In this document: piece after piece, positions 41,501-54,200 of the stretch
Numbering within the stretch: position 1 is the first letter of the stretch
Layout of the letters: each line of letters begins with the position of its first letter
Assembly: GCA_964016885.1 (NCBI GenBank)
Contig: OZ024741.1
Coordinates: 248,558,001 to 248,622,000 of the forward strand
Length of the DNA: 64,000 bases
Source of the DNA: Eledone cirrhosa
Lineage: Eukaryota
Reading direction: 5' to 3'
Notes under the pieces: generated by a model
Database searches by the model: none
What the model was told of the DNA's origin: nothing
Seen by the model: only the letters and a program-made list of their open reading frames with translations
Translations under genes and position numbers: made by a program

Positions 41501-44500
41501 AGGGGAGATAATTTGTAAAAAAAAATCAGGGGTAGATAATTTGTAAAAAAAAATCAGGGGGAGATAATTTGTAAAAAAAAAATCAGGGGGAGATAATTTG
41601 TAAAAAAATCAAGGGGAGATAATTTCCAGCCGTCCAAGGGGAGATAATTTTCAGCCGTCCAAGGAGGTAATTTCTAGCCGTCCAAGGGGAGATAATTTCC
41701 AGCCGTCCAAGGGGAGATAATTTTTTTTAAAAAATCAGGCGGAGATAATTTGTAAACAAAAATCAGGGGCAGATAATTTGTAAAAAAAAATCAGGGGGAG
41801 ATAATTTGTAAAAAAAAATCAGGGGGAGATAATTTGTAAAAAAAATCAAGGGGAGATAATTTCCAGCCGTCCAAGGGGAGGTAATATCTAGCCATCCAAG
41901 GGGAGATAATCTCCAGCCGTCCAAGGGGAGATAATTTCCAGCCGTCCAAGGGGAGATAATATCCAGCCGTCCAAGGAGACATATTTTCCAGCCGTCCAAG
42001 GAGAGGTAATTTCTAGCCGTCCAAGGGGAGATAAGTTCCAGCCTCCAAGGGGAGAAAATTTCCAGCCAGCCAAGGGGAGATAATTTGTAAAAAAATCAGG
42101 GGGAGATAATTTGTAAAAAAAAAATCAGGGGGAGATAATTTGTAAAAAAATCAGGGGGAGATAATTTGTAAAAAAAAAATCAGGGGGAGATAATTTGTAA
42201 AAAAAATCAGGGGGAGATAATTTGTAGAAAAAATCAGGGGTAGATAATTTGTAAAAAAAATCAGGGGGAGATAATTTGTAAAAAAAATCAGGGGGAGATA
42301 ATTTGTAAAAAAAATCAGGGGTAGATAATTTTCAGCCGTCCAAGGGGAGATAATTTCCATCCTTCCAAGGGGAGATAATTTCCAGCCGTCCAAGGGGAGA
42401 TAATTTCCCGCCAGCCAAGGAGAGATAACATTTAAAAAATTCAGGCGGAGATAATTTGTAAAAAAAATCAGGGGGAGATAATTTGTAAAAAAATCAGGGG
42501 GAGATAATTTGTAAAAAAAATCAGGGGTAGATAATTTCCAGCCGTCCAAGGGGAGATAATTTCCATCCTTCCAAGGGGAGATAATTTCCAGCCGTCCAAG
42601 GGGAGATAATTTCCCGCCAGCCAAGGAGAGATAATATTTAAAAAAATCAGGCGGAGATAATTTGTAAAAAAAATCAGGCGGAGATAATTTGTAAAAAAAA
42701 ATCAGGGGGAGATAATTTGTAAAAAAAAATCAGGGGGAGATAATTTGTAAAAAAAAATCAGGGGGAGATAATTTGTAAAAAAAATCAAGGGGAGATAATT
42801 TCCAGCCGTCCAAGGGGAGATAATTTTCAGCCGTCCAAGGAGAGGTAAATTCTAGCCGTCCAAGGAGATATAATTTCCAGCCGTCCAAGGGGAGATAATT
42901 TCCAGCCGTCCAAGGGGAGATAATTTTTAAAAAAAAATCAGGCGGAGATAATTTGTAAACAAAAATCAGGGGGAGATAATTTTTAAAAAAAAATCAGGGG
43001 GAGATAATTTGTAAAAAAAATCAAGGGGAGATAATTTCCAGCCGTCCAAGGGGAGGTAATATCTAGCCATCCAAGGGGAGATAATTTCCAGCCGTCCAAG
43101 GGGAGATAATTTCCAGCCGTCCAAGGGGAGATAATATCCAGCCGTCCAAGGAGACATATTTTCCAGCCGTCCAAGGAGAGGTAATTTCTAGCCGTCCAAG
43201 GGGAGATAAGTTCCAGCCTCCAAGGGGAGATAATTTCCAGCCAGCCAAGGGGAGATAATTTGTAAAAAAATCAGGGGGGAGATAATTTGTAAAAAAAATC
43301 AGGGGGAGATAATTTGAAAAAAAAATCAGGGGGAGATAATTTGTAAAAAATATCAAGGGGAGATAATTTCCAGCCCTCCAAGGGGCTATAATTTCCAGCC
43401 GTGCAAGGGGAGATAATTTCCAGCCGTCCAAGGGGAGATAATTTCCATCCTTCCAAGGGGAGATAATTTCCAGCCGTCCAAGGGGAGATAATTTCCAGCC
43501 GTCCAAGGGAAGATAATTTTTTAAAAAATCAGGCGGAGATTGTAAAAAAAATCAGGGGGAGATAATTTGTAAAAAAATCAGGGGGAGATAATTTGTAAAA
43601 AAAAATCAGGGGGAGATAATTTGTAAAAAAAAATCAGGGGGAGATAATTTGTAAAAAAATCAGGGGGAGATAATTTGTAAAAAAAATCAGGGGTAGATAA
43701 TTTGTAAAAAAAATCAGGGGGAGATAATTTGTAAAAAAAATCAGGGGGAGATAATTTGTAAAAAAAATCAGGGGTAGATAATTTTCAGCCGTCCAAGGGG
43801 AGATAATTTCCATCCTTCCAAGGGGAGATAATTTCCAGCCGTCCAAGGGGAGATAATTTCCAGCCAGCCAAGGAGAGATAACATTTAAAAAAATCAGGCG
43901 GAGATAATTTGTAAAAAAATCAGGGGGAGATAATTTGTAAAAAAAATCAGGGGTAGATAATTTTCAGCCGTCCAAGGGGAGATAATTTCCATCCTTCCAA
44001 GGGGAGATAATTTCCAGCCGTCCAAGGGGAGATAATTTCCCGCCAGCCAAGGAGAGATAACATTTAAAAAAATCAGGGGGAGATAATTTGTAAAAAAAAA
44101 TCAGGGGTAGATAATTTGTAAACAAAAATCAGGGGCAGATAATTTGTAAAAAAAATCAAGGGGAGATAATTTGTAAAAAAAAATCAGGGGTAGATAATTT
44201 GTAAAAAAAAATCAGGGGGAGATAATTTGTAAAAAAAAAATCAGGGGGAGATAATTTGTAAAAAAATCAAGGGGAGATAATTTCCAGCCGTCCAAGGGGA
44301 GATAATTTTCAGCCGTCCAAGGAGAGGTAATTTCTAGCCGTCCAAGGGGAGATAATTTCCAGCCAGCCAAGGGGAGATAATTTGTAAAAAAATCAGATGT
44401 AGATAATTTGTCAAAAAAAATCAGGGGGAGATAATTTGTAAAAAAAATCAGGGGGAGATAATTTGTAAAAAAAAATCAGGGGTAGATAATTTGTAAAAAA

Positions 44501-44696
44501 AAATCAGGGGTAGATAATTTGTAAAAAAAAATCAGGGGGAGATAATTTGTAAAAAAAAAATCAGGGGGAGATAATTTGTAAAAAAAATCAGGGGGAGATA
44601 ATTTGTAGAAAAAATCAGGGGTAGATAATTTGTAAAAAAAATCAGGGGGAGATAATTTGTAAAAAAAATCAGGGGGAGATAATTTGTAAAAAAAAT
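13293..44696. repeat. ~15.5-15.9-kb tandem duplication (copy 1 13293-28784; copy 2 28785-44696)
   Basis: Colinear ORF-track offsets 15491-15493 (13446/28938 to 18715/34208), 15858 (19794/35652 to 23189/39047), 15885 (24100/39985) and 15912 (25851/41763 to 28620/44532). Variants shared by the two copies include CCAACGAGAG, GATAATAAGT, ATAAGTGCC, ATATGAAGGGG and CCAAGCGGAG. Confidence 0.9.
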
Positions 44697-47600
44697 CAGG
44701 GGTAGATAATTTTCAGCCGTCCAAGGGGAGATAATTTCCATCCTTCCAAGGGGAGATAATTTCCAGCCGTCCAAGGGGAGATAATTTCCCGCCAGCCAAG
44801 GAGAGATAACATTTAAAAAAATCAGGCGGAGATAATTTGTAAAAAAAATCAGGGGGAGATAATTTGTAAAAAAATCAGGGGGAGATAATTTGTAAAAAAA
44901 ATCAGGGGTAGATAATTTCCAGCCGTCCAAGGGGAGATAATTTCCATCCTTCCAAGGGGAGATAATTTCCAGCCGTCCAAGGGGAGATAATTTCCCGCCA
45001 GCCAAGGAGAGATAATATTTAAAAAAATCAGGCGGAGATAATTTGTAAAAAAAATCAGGGGGAGATAATTTGTAAAAAAATCAGGGGGAGATAATTTGTA
45101 AAAAAAAATCAGGGAGAGATAATTTGTAAAAAAAATCAGGGGGAGATAATTTGTAAAAAAAATCAGGGGTAGATAATTTGTAAAAAAAAATCAGGGGGAG
45201 ATAATTTGTAAAAAAAAAATCAGGGGGAGATAATTTGTAAAAAAATCAAGGGGAGATAATTTCCAGCCATCCAAGGGGAGATAATTTTCAGCCGTCCAAG
45301 GAGGTAATTTCTAGCCGTCCAAGGGGAGATAATTTCCAGCCGTCCAAGGGGAGATAATTTTTTTTAAAAAATCAGGCGGAGATAATTTGTAAACAAAAAT
45401 CAGGGGGAGATAATTTGTAAAAAAAAATCAGGGGGAGATAATTTGTAAAAAAAATCAGGGGGAGATAATTTGTAAAAAAAATCAAGGGGAGATAATTTCC
45501 AGCCGTCCAAGGGGAGGTAATATTTAGCCATCCAAGGGGAGATAATTTCCAGCCGTCCAAGGGGAGATAATTTCCAGCCGTCCAAGGGGAGATAATATCC
45601 AGCCGTCCAAGGAGACATATTTTCCAGCCGTCCAAGGAGAGGTAATTTCTAGCCGTCCAAGGGGAGATAAGTTCCAGCCTCCAAGGGGAGATAATTTCCA
45701 GCCAGCCAAGGGGAGATAATTTGTAAAAAAATCAGGGGGGAGATAATTTGTAAAAAAAATCAGGGGGAGATAATTTGAAAAAAAAATCAGGGGGAGATAA
45801 TTTGTAAAAAATATCAATTTGAGATAATTTCCAGCCCTCCAAGGGGCTATAATTTCCAGCCGTGCAAGGGGAGATAATTTCCAGCCGTCCAAGGGGAGAT
45901 AATTTCCATCCTTCCAAGGGGAGATAATTTCCAGCCGTCCAAGGGGAGATAATTTCTTGCCAGCCAAGGGAAGATAATTTTTTAAAAAATCAGGCGGAGA
46001 TTGTAAAAAAAATCAGGGGGAGATAATTTGTAAAAAAATCAGGGGGAGATAATTTGTAAAAAAAAATCAGGGGGAGATAATTTGTAAAAAAAAATCAGGG
46101 GGAGATAATTTGTAAAAAAAATCAGGGGGAGATAATTTGTAAAAAAAATCAGGGGTAGATAATTTGTAAAAAAAATCAGGGGGAGATAATTTGTAAAAAA
46201 AATCAGGGGGAGATAATTTGTAAAAAAAATCAGGGGTAGATGATTTTCAGCCGTCCAAGGGGAGATAATTTCCATCCTTCCAAGGGGAGATAATTTCCAG
46301 CCGTCCAAGGGGAGATAATTTCCCGCCAGCCAAGGAGAGATAACATTTAAAAAAATCAGGCGGAGATAATTTGTAAAAAAATCAGGGGGAGATAATTTGT
46401 AAAAAAAATCAGGGGTAGATAATTTTCAGCCGTCCAAGGGGAGATAATTTCCATCCTTCCAAGGGGAGATAATTTCCAGCCGTCCAAGGGGAGATAATTT
46501 CCCGCCAGCCAAGGAGAGATAACATTTAAAAAAATCAGGGGGAGATAATTTGTAAAAAAAAATCAGGGGTAGATAATTTGTAAAAAAAAATCAGGGGGAG
46601 ATAATTTGTAAAAAAAAAATCAGGGGGAGATAATTTGTAAAAAAATCAAGGGGAGATAATTTCCAGCCGTCCAAGGGGAGATAATTTTCAGCCGTCCAAG
46701 GAGAGGTAATTTCTAGCCGTCCAAGGGGAGATAATTTCCAGCCGTCCAAGGGGAGATAATTTTTTTAAAAAAATCAGGCGGAGATAATTTGTAAACAAAA
46801 ATCAGGGGGAGATAATTTGTAAAAAAAAATCAGGGGGAGATAATTTGTAAAAAAAATCAAGGGGAGATAATTTGTAAAAAAAAATCAGGGGTAGATAATT
46901 TGTAAAAAAAAATCAGGGGGAGATAATTTGTAAAAAAAAAATCAGGGGGAGATAATTTGTAAAAAAATCAAGGGGAGATAATTTCCAGCCGTCCAAGGGG
47001 AGATAATTTTCAGCCGTCCAAGGAGGTAATTTCTAGCCGTCCAAGGGGAGATAATTTCCAGCCGTCCAAGGGGAGATAATTTTTTTTAAAAAATCAGGCG
47101 GAGATAATTTGTAAACAAAAATCAGGGGCAGATAATTTGTAAAAAAAAATCAGGGGGAGATAATTTGTAAAAAAAAATCAGGGGGAGATAATTTGTAAAA
47201 AAAATCAAGGGGAGATAATTTCCAGCCGTCCAAGGGGAGGTAATATCTAGCCATCCAAGGGGAGATAATCTCCAGCCGTCCAAGGGGAGATAATTTCCAG
47301 CCGTCCAAGGGGAGATAATATCCAGCCGTCCAAGGAGACATATTTTCCAGCCGTCCAAGGAGAGGTAATTTCTAGCCGTCCAAGGGGAGATAAGTTCCAG
47401 CCTCCAAGGGGAGAAAATTTCCAGCCAGCCAAGGGGAGATAATTTGTAAAAAAATCAGGGGGAGATAATTTGTAAAAAAAAAATCAGGGGGAGATAATTT
47501 GTAAAAAAATCAGGGGGAGATAATTTGTAAAAAAAAAATCAGGGGGAGATAATTTGTAAAAAAAATCAGGGGGAGATAATTTGTAGAAAAAATCAGGGGT

Positions 47601-50600
47601 AGATAATTTGTAAAAAAAATCAGGAGGAGATAATTTGTAAAAAAAATCAGGGGGAGATAATTTGTAAAAAAAATCAGGGGTAGATAATTTTCAGCCGTCC
47701 AAGGGGAGATAATTTCCATCCTTCCAAGGGGAGATAATTTCCAGCCGTCCAAGGGGAGATAATTTCCCGCCAGCCAAGGAGAGATAACATTTAAAAAATT
47801 CAGGCGGAGATAATTTGTAAAAAAAATCAGGGGGAGATAATTTGTAAAAAAATCAGGGGGAGATAATTTGTAAAAAAAATCAGGGGTAGATAATTTCCAG
47901 CCGTCCAAGGGGAGATAATTTCCATCCTTCCAAGGGGAGATAATTTCCAGCCGTCCAAGGGGAGATAATTTCCCGCCAGCCAAGGAGAGATAATATTTAA
48001 AAAAATCAGGCGGAGATAATTTGTAAAAAAAATCAGGCGGAGATAATTTGTAAAAAAAAATCAGGGGGAGATAATTTGTAAAAAAAAATCAGGGGGAGAT
48101 AATTTGTAAAAAAAAATCAGGGGGAGATAATTTGTAAAAAAAATCAAGGGGAGATAATTTCCAGCCGTCCAAGGGGAGATAATTTTCAGCCGTCCAAGGA
48201 GAGGTAAATTCTAGCCGTCCAAGGAGATATAATTTCCAGCCGTCCAAGGGGAGATAATTTCCAGCCGTCCAAGGGGAGATAATTTTTAAAAAAAAATCAG
48301 GCGGAGATAATTTGTAAACAAAAATCAGGGGGAGATAATTTTTAAAAAAAAATCAGGGGGAGATAATTTGTAAAAAAAATCAAGGGGAGATAATTTCCAG
48401 CCGTCCAAGGGGAGGTAATATCTAGCCATCCAAGGGGAGATAATTTCCAGCCGTCCAAGGGGAGATAATTTCCAGCCGTCCAAGGGGAGATAATATCCAG
48501 CCGTCCAAGGAGACATATTTTCCAGCCGTCCAAGGAGAGGTAATTTCTAGCCGTCCAAGGGGAGATAAGTTCCAGCCTCCAAGGGGAGATAATTTCCAGC
48601 CAGCCAAGGGGAGATAATTTGTAAAAAAATCAGGGGGGAGATAATTTGTAAAAAAAATCAGGGGGAGATAATTTGAAAAAAAAATCAGGGGGAGATAATT
48701 TGTAAAAAATATCAAGGGGAGATAATTTCCAGCCCTCCAAGGGGCTATAATTTCCAGCCGTGCAAGGGGAGATAATTTCCAGCCGTCCAAGGGGAGATAA
48801 TTTCCATCCTTCCAAGGGGAGATAATTTCCAGCCGTCCAAGGGGAGATAATTTCCAGCCGTCCAAGGGAAGATAATTTTTTAAAAAATCAGGCGGAGATT
48901 GTAAAAAAAATCAGGGGGAGATAATTTGTAAAAAAATCAGGGGGAGATAATTTGTAAAAAAAAATCAGGGGGAGATAATTTGTAAAAAAAAATCAGGGGG
49001 AGATAATTTGTAAAAAAATCAGGGGGAGATAATTTGTAAAAAAAATCAGGGGTAGATAATTTGTAAAAAAAATCAGGGGGAGATAATTTGTAAAAAAAAT
49101 CAGGGGGAGATAATTTGTAAAAAAAATCAGGGGTAGATAATTTTCAGCCGTCCAAGGGGAGATAATTTCCATCCTTCCAAGGGGAGATAATTTCCAGCCG
49201 TCCAAGGGGAGATAATTTCCAGCCAGCCAAGGAGAGATAACATTTAAAAAAATCAGGCGGAGATAATTTGTAAAAAAATCAGGGGGAGATAATTTGTAAA
49301 AAAAATCAGGGGTAGATAATTTTCAGCCGTCCAAGGGGAGATAATTTCCATCCTTCCAAGGGGAGATAATTTCCAGCCGTCCAAGGGGAGATAATTTCCC
49401 GCCAGCCAAGGAGAGATAACATTTAAAAAAATCAGGGGGAGATAATTTGTAAAAAAAAATCAGGGGTAGATAATTTGTAAACAAAAATCAGGGGGAGATA
49501 ATTTGTAAAAAAAATCAAGGGGAGATAATTTGTAAAAAAAAATCAGGGGTAGATAATTTGTAAAAAAAAATCAGGGGGAGATAATTTGTAAAAAAAAAAT
49601 CAGGGGGAGATAATTTGTAAAAAAATCAAGGGGAGATAATTTCCAGCCGTCCAAGGGGAGATAATTTTCAGCCGTCCAAGGAGAGGTAATTTCTAGCCGT
49701 CCAAGGGGAGATAATTTCCAGCCAGCCAAGGGGAGATAATTTGTAAAAAAATCAGATGTAGATAATTTGTCAAAAAAAATCAGGGGGAGATAATTTGTAA
49801 AAAAAATCAGGGGGAGATAATTTGTAAAAAAAAATCAGGGGTAGATAATTTGTAAAAAAAAATCAGGGGTAGATAATTTGTAAAAAAAAATCAGGGGGAG
49901 ATAATTTGTAAAAAAAAAATCAGGGGGAGATAATTTGTAAAAAAAATCAGGGGGAGATAATTTGTAGAAAAAATCAGGGGTAGATAATTTGTAAAAAAAA
50001 TCAGGGGGAGATAATTTGTAAAAAAAATCAGGGGGAGATAATTTGTAAAAAAAATCAGGGGTAGATAATTTTCAGCCGTCCAAGGGGAGATAATTTCCAT
50101 CCTTCCAAGGGGAGATAATTTCCAGCCGTCCAAGGGGAGATAATTTCCCGCCAGCCAAGGAGAGATAACATTTAAAAAAATCAGGCGGAGATAATTTGTA
50201 AAAAAAATCAGGGGGAGATAATTTGTAAAAAAATCAGGGGGAGATAATTTGTAAAAAAAATCAGGGGTAGATAATTTCCAGCCGTCCAAGGGGAGATAAT
50301 TTCCATCCTTCCAAGGGGAGATAATTTCCAGCCGTCCAAGGGGAGATAATTTCCCGCCAGCCAAGGAGAGATAATATTTAAAAAAATCAGGCGGAGATAA
50401 TTTGTAAAAAAAATCAGGGGGAGATAATTTGTAAAAAAATCAGGGGGAGATAATTTGTAAAAAAAAATCAGGGAGAGATAATTTGTAAAAAAAATCAGGG
50501 GGAGATAATTTGTAAAAAAAATCAGGGGTAGATAATTTGTAAAAAAAAATCAGGGGGAGATAATTTGTAAAAAAAAAATCAGGGGGAGATAATTTGTAAA

Positions 50601-50605
50601 AAAAT
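39860..50605. repeat. ~5.36-5.39-kb tandem duplication (copy 1 39860-45246; copy 2 45247-50605)
   Basis: ORF-track offsets 5387 (39985/45372, 40652/46039) then 5359 (41763/47122, 42966/48325, 44532/49891). Shared markers ATCAATTTGAG, TTTCTTGCC, GATGATTTT, GGAGATAATCTCC, AAAATTCAGGCGG, TTTGTCAAAA and CAGGGAGAGAT. Confidence 0.9.
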
Positions 50606-51205
50606 CAAGGGGAGATAATTTCCAGCCGTCCAAGGGGAGATAATTTTCAGCCGTCCAAGGAGAGGTAATTTCTAGCCGTCCAAGGGGAGATAATTTCCAG
50701 CCGTCCAAGGGGAGATAATTTTTTTAAAAAAATCAGGCGGAGATAATTTGTAAACAAAAATCAGGGGGAGATAATTTGTAAAAAAAAATCAGGGGGAGAT
50801 AATTTGTAAAAAAAAATCAGGGGGAGATAATTTGTAAAAAAAATCAAGGGGAGATAATTTCCAGCCGTCCAAGGGGAGGTAATATCTAGCCATCCAAGGG
50901 GAGATAATTTCCAGCCGTCCAAGGGGAGATAATTTCCAGCCGTCCAAGGGGAGATAATATCCAGCCGTCCAAGGAGACATATTTTCCAGCCGTCCAAGGA
51001 GACGTAATTTCTAGCCGTCCAAGGGGAGATAAGTTCCAGCCTCCAAGGGGAGATAATTTCCAGCCAGCCAAGGGGAGATAATTTGTAAAAAAATTAGGGG
51101 GAGATAATTTGTAAAAAAAAATTAGGGGGAGATAATTTGTAAAAAAAAATCAGGGGGAGATAATTTGTAAAAAAAAATCAGGGGGAGATAATTTGTAAAA
51201 AAAAT

Positions 51206-54200
51206 CAAGGGGAGATAATTTCCAGCCAGCCAAGGGGAGATAATTTGTAAAAAAATTAGGGGGAGATAATTTGTAAAAAAAAATTAGGGGGAGATAATTT
51301 GTAAAAAAAAATCAGGGGTAGATAATTTCCAGCCGTCCAAGGGGAGATAATTTCCATCCTTCCAAGGGGAGATAATTTCCAGCCATCCAAGGGGAGATAA
51401 TTTCCCGCCAGCCAAGGAGAGATAATATTTAAAAAAATCAGGCGGAGATAATTTGTAAAAAAAATCAGAGGGAGATAATTTGTAAAAAAATCAGGGGGAG
51501 ATAATTTGTAAAAAAAAATCAGGGGGAGATAATTTGTAAAAAAAATCAGGGGGAGATAATTTGTAAAAAAAAATCAGGGGTAGATAATTTGTAAAAAAAA
51601 ATCAGGGGGAGATAATTTGTAAAAAAAAATCAGGGGGAGATAATTTGTAAAAAAATCAAGGGGAGATAATTTCCAGCCGTCCAAGGGGAGATAATTTTCA
51701 GCCGTCCAAGGAGAGGTAATTTCTAGCCGTCCAAGGGGAGATAATTTCCAGCCGTCCAAGGGGAGATAATTTTTTTAAAAAAATCAGGCGGAGATAATTT
51801 GTAAACAAAAATCAGGGGGAGATAATTTGTAAAAAAAAATCAGGGGGAGATAATTTGTAAAAAAAAATCAGGGGGAGATAATTTGTAAAAAAAATCAAGG
51901 GGAGATAATTTCCAGCCGTCCAAGGGGAGGTAATATCTAGCCATCCAAGGGGAGATAATTTCCAGCCGTCCAAGGGGAGATAATTTCCAGCCGTCCAAGG
52001 GGAGATAATATCCAGCCGTCCAAGGAGACATATTTTCCAGCCGTCCAAGGAGACGTAATTTCTAGCCGTCCAAGGGGAGATAAGTTCCAGCCTCCAAGGG
52101 GAGATAATTTCCAGCCAGCCAAGGGGAGATAATTTGTAAAAAAATTAGGGGGAGATAATTTGTAAAAAAAAATTAGGGGGAGATAATTTGTAAAAAAAAT
52201 CAGGGGGAGATAATTTGTAAAAAAAAATCAGGGGGTGATAATTTGTAAAAAAAATCAAGGGGAGATAATTTCCAGCCAGCCAAGGGGAGATAATTTGTAA
52301 AAAAATTAGGGGGAGATAATTTGTAAAAAAAAATTAGGGGGAGATAATTTGTAAAAAAAAATCAGGGGGAGATAATTTGTAAAAAAAAATCAGGGGGAGA
52401 TAATTTGTAAAAAAAAATCAGGCGGAGATAATTTGTAAAAAAATCAAGGGGAGATAATTTCCAGCCGTCCAAGGGGAGATATTTTTCAGCCGTCCAAGGA
52501 GAGGTAATTTCTAGCCGTCCAAGGGGAGATAATTTCCAGCCGTCCAAGGGGAGATAATTTTTTAAAAAAAATCAGGCGGAGATAATTTGTAAACAAAAAT
52601 CAGGGGGAGATAATTTGTAAAAAAAAATCAGGGGGAGATAATTTGTAAAAAAAATCAGGGGGAGATAATTTGTAAAAAAAATCAAGGGGAGATAATTTGT
52701 AAAAAAAAATCAGGGGTAGATAATTTGTAAAAAAAAATCAGGGGGAGATAATTTGTAAAAAAAAAATCAGGGGGAGATAATTTGTAAAAAAATCAAGGGG
52801 AGATAATTTCCAGCCGTCCAAGGGGAGATAATTTTCAGCCGTCCAAGGAGAGGTAATTTCTAGCCGTCCAAGGGGAGATAATTTCCAGCCAGCCAAGGGG
52901 AGATAATTTGTAAAAAAATCAGGGGTAGATAATTTGTAAAAAAAAATCAGGGGGAGATAATTTGTAAAAAAAATCAGGGGGAGATAATTTGTAAAAAAAA
53001 TCAGGGGTACATAATTTCCAGCCGTCCAAGGGGAGATAATTTCCATCCTTCCAAGGGGAGATAATTTCCAGCCGTCCAAGGGGAGATAATTTCCCGCCAG
53101 CCAAGGAGAGATAATATTTAAAAAAATCAGGCGGAGATAATTTGTAAAAAAAATCAGGGGGAGATAATTTGTAAAAAAATCAGGAGGAGATAATTTGTAA
53201 AAAAAAATCAGGGGAGATAATTTGTAAAAAAAATCAGGGGGAGATAATTTGTAAAAAAAAATCAGGGGTAGTTAATTTGTAAAAAAAATCAGGGGGAGAT
53301 AATTTGTAAAAAAAAAATCAGGGGGAGATAATTTGTAAAAAAATCAAGGGGAGATAATTTCCAGCCGTCCAAGGGGAGATAATTTTCAGCCGTCCAAGGA
53401 GGTAATTTCTAGCCGTCCAAGGGGAGATAATTTCCAGCCGTCCAAGGGGAGATAATTTTTTTTTAAAAATCAGGCGGAGATAATTTGTAAACAAAAATCA
53501 GGGGGAGATAATTTGTAAAAAAAAATCAGGGGGAGATAATTTGTAAAAAAAAATCAGGGGGAGATAATTTGTAAAAAAAATCAAGGGGAGATAATTTCCA
53601 GCCGTCCAAGGTGAGGTAATATCTAGCCATCCAAGGGGAGATAATTTCCAGCCGTCCAAGGGGAGATAATTTCCAGCCGTCCAAGGGGAGATAATATCCA
53701 GCCGTCCAAGGAGACATATTTTCCAGCCGTCCAAGGAGAGGTAATTTCTAGCCGTCCAAGGGGAGATAAGTTCCAGCCTCCAAGGGGAGATAATTTCCAG
53801 CCAGCCAAGGGGAGATAATTTGTAAAAAAATCAGGGGGAGATAATTTGTAGAAAAAATCAGGGGTAGATAATTTGTAAAAAAAATCAGGGGGAGATAATT
53901 TGTAAAAAAAATCAGGGGGAGATAATTTGTAAAAAAAATCAGGGGTAGATAATTTTCAGCCGTCCAAGGGGAGATAATTTCCATCCTTCCAAGGGGAGAT
54001 AATTTCCAGCCGTCCAAGGGGAGATAATTTCCCGCCAGCCAAGGAGAGATAACATTTAAAAAAATCAGGCGGAGATAATTTCTAAAAAAAATCAGGGGGA
54101 GATAATTTGTAAAAAAATCAGGGGGAGATAATTTGTAAAAAAAATCAGGGGTAGATAATTTCCAGCCGTCCAAGGGGAGATAATTTCCATCCTTCCAAGG

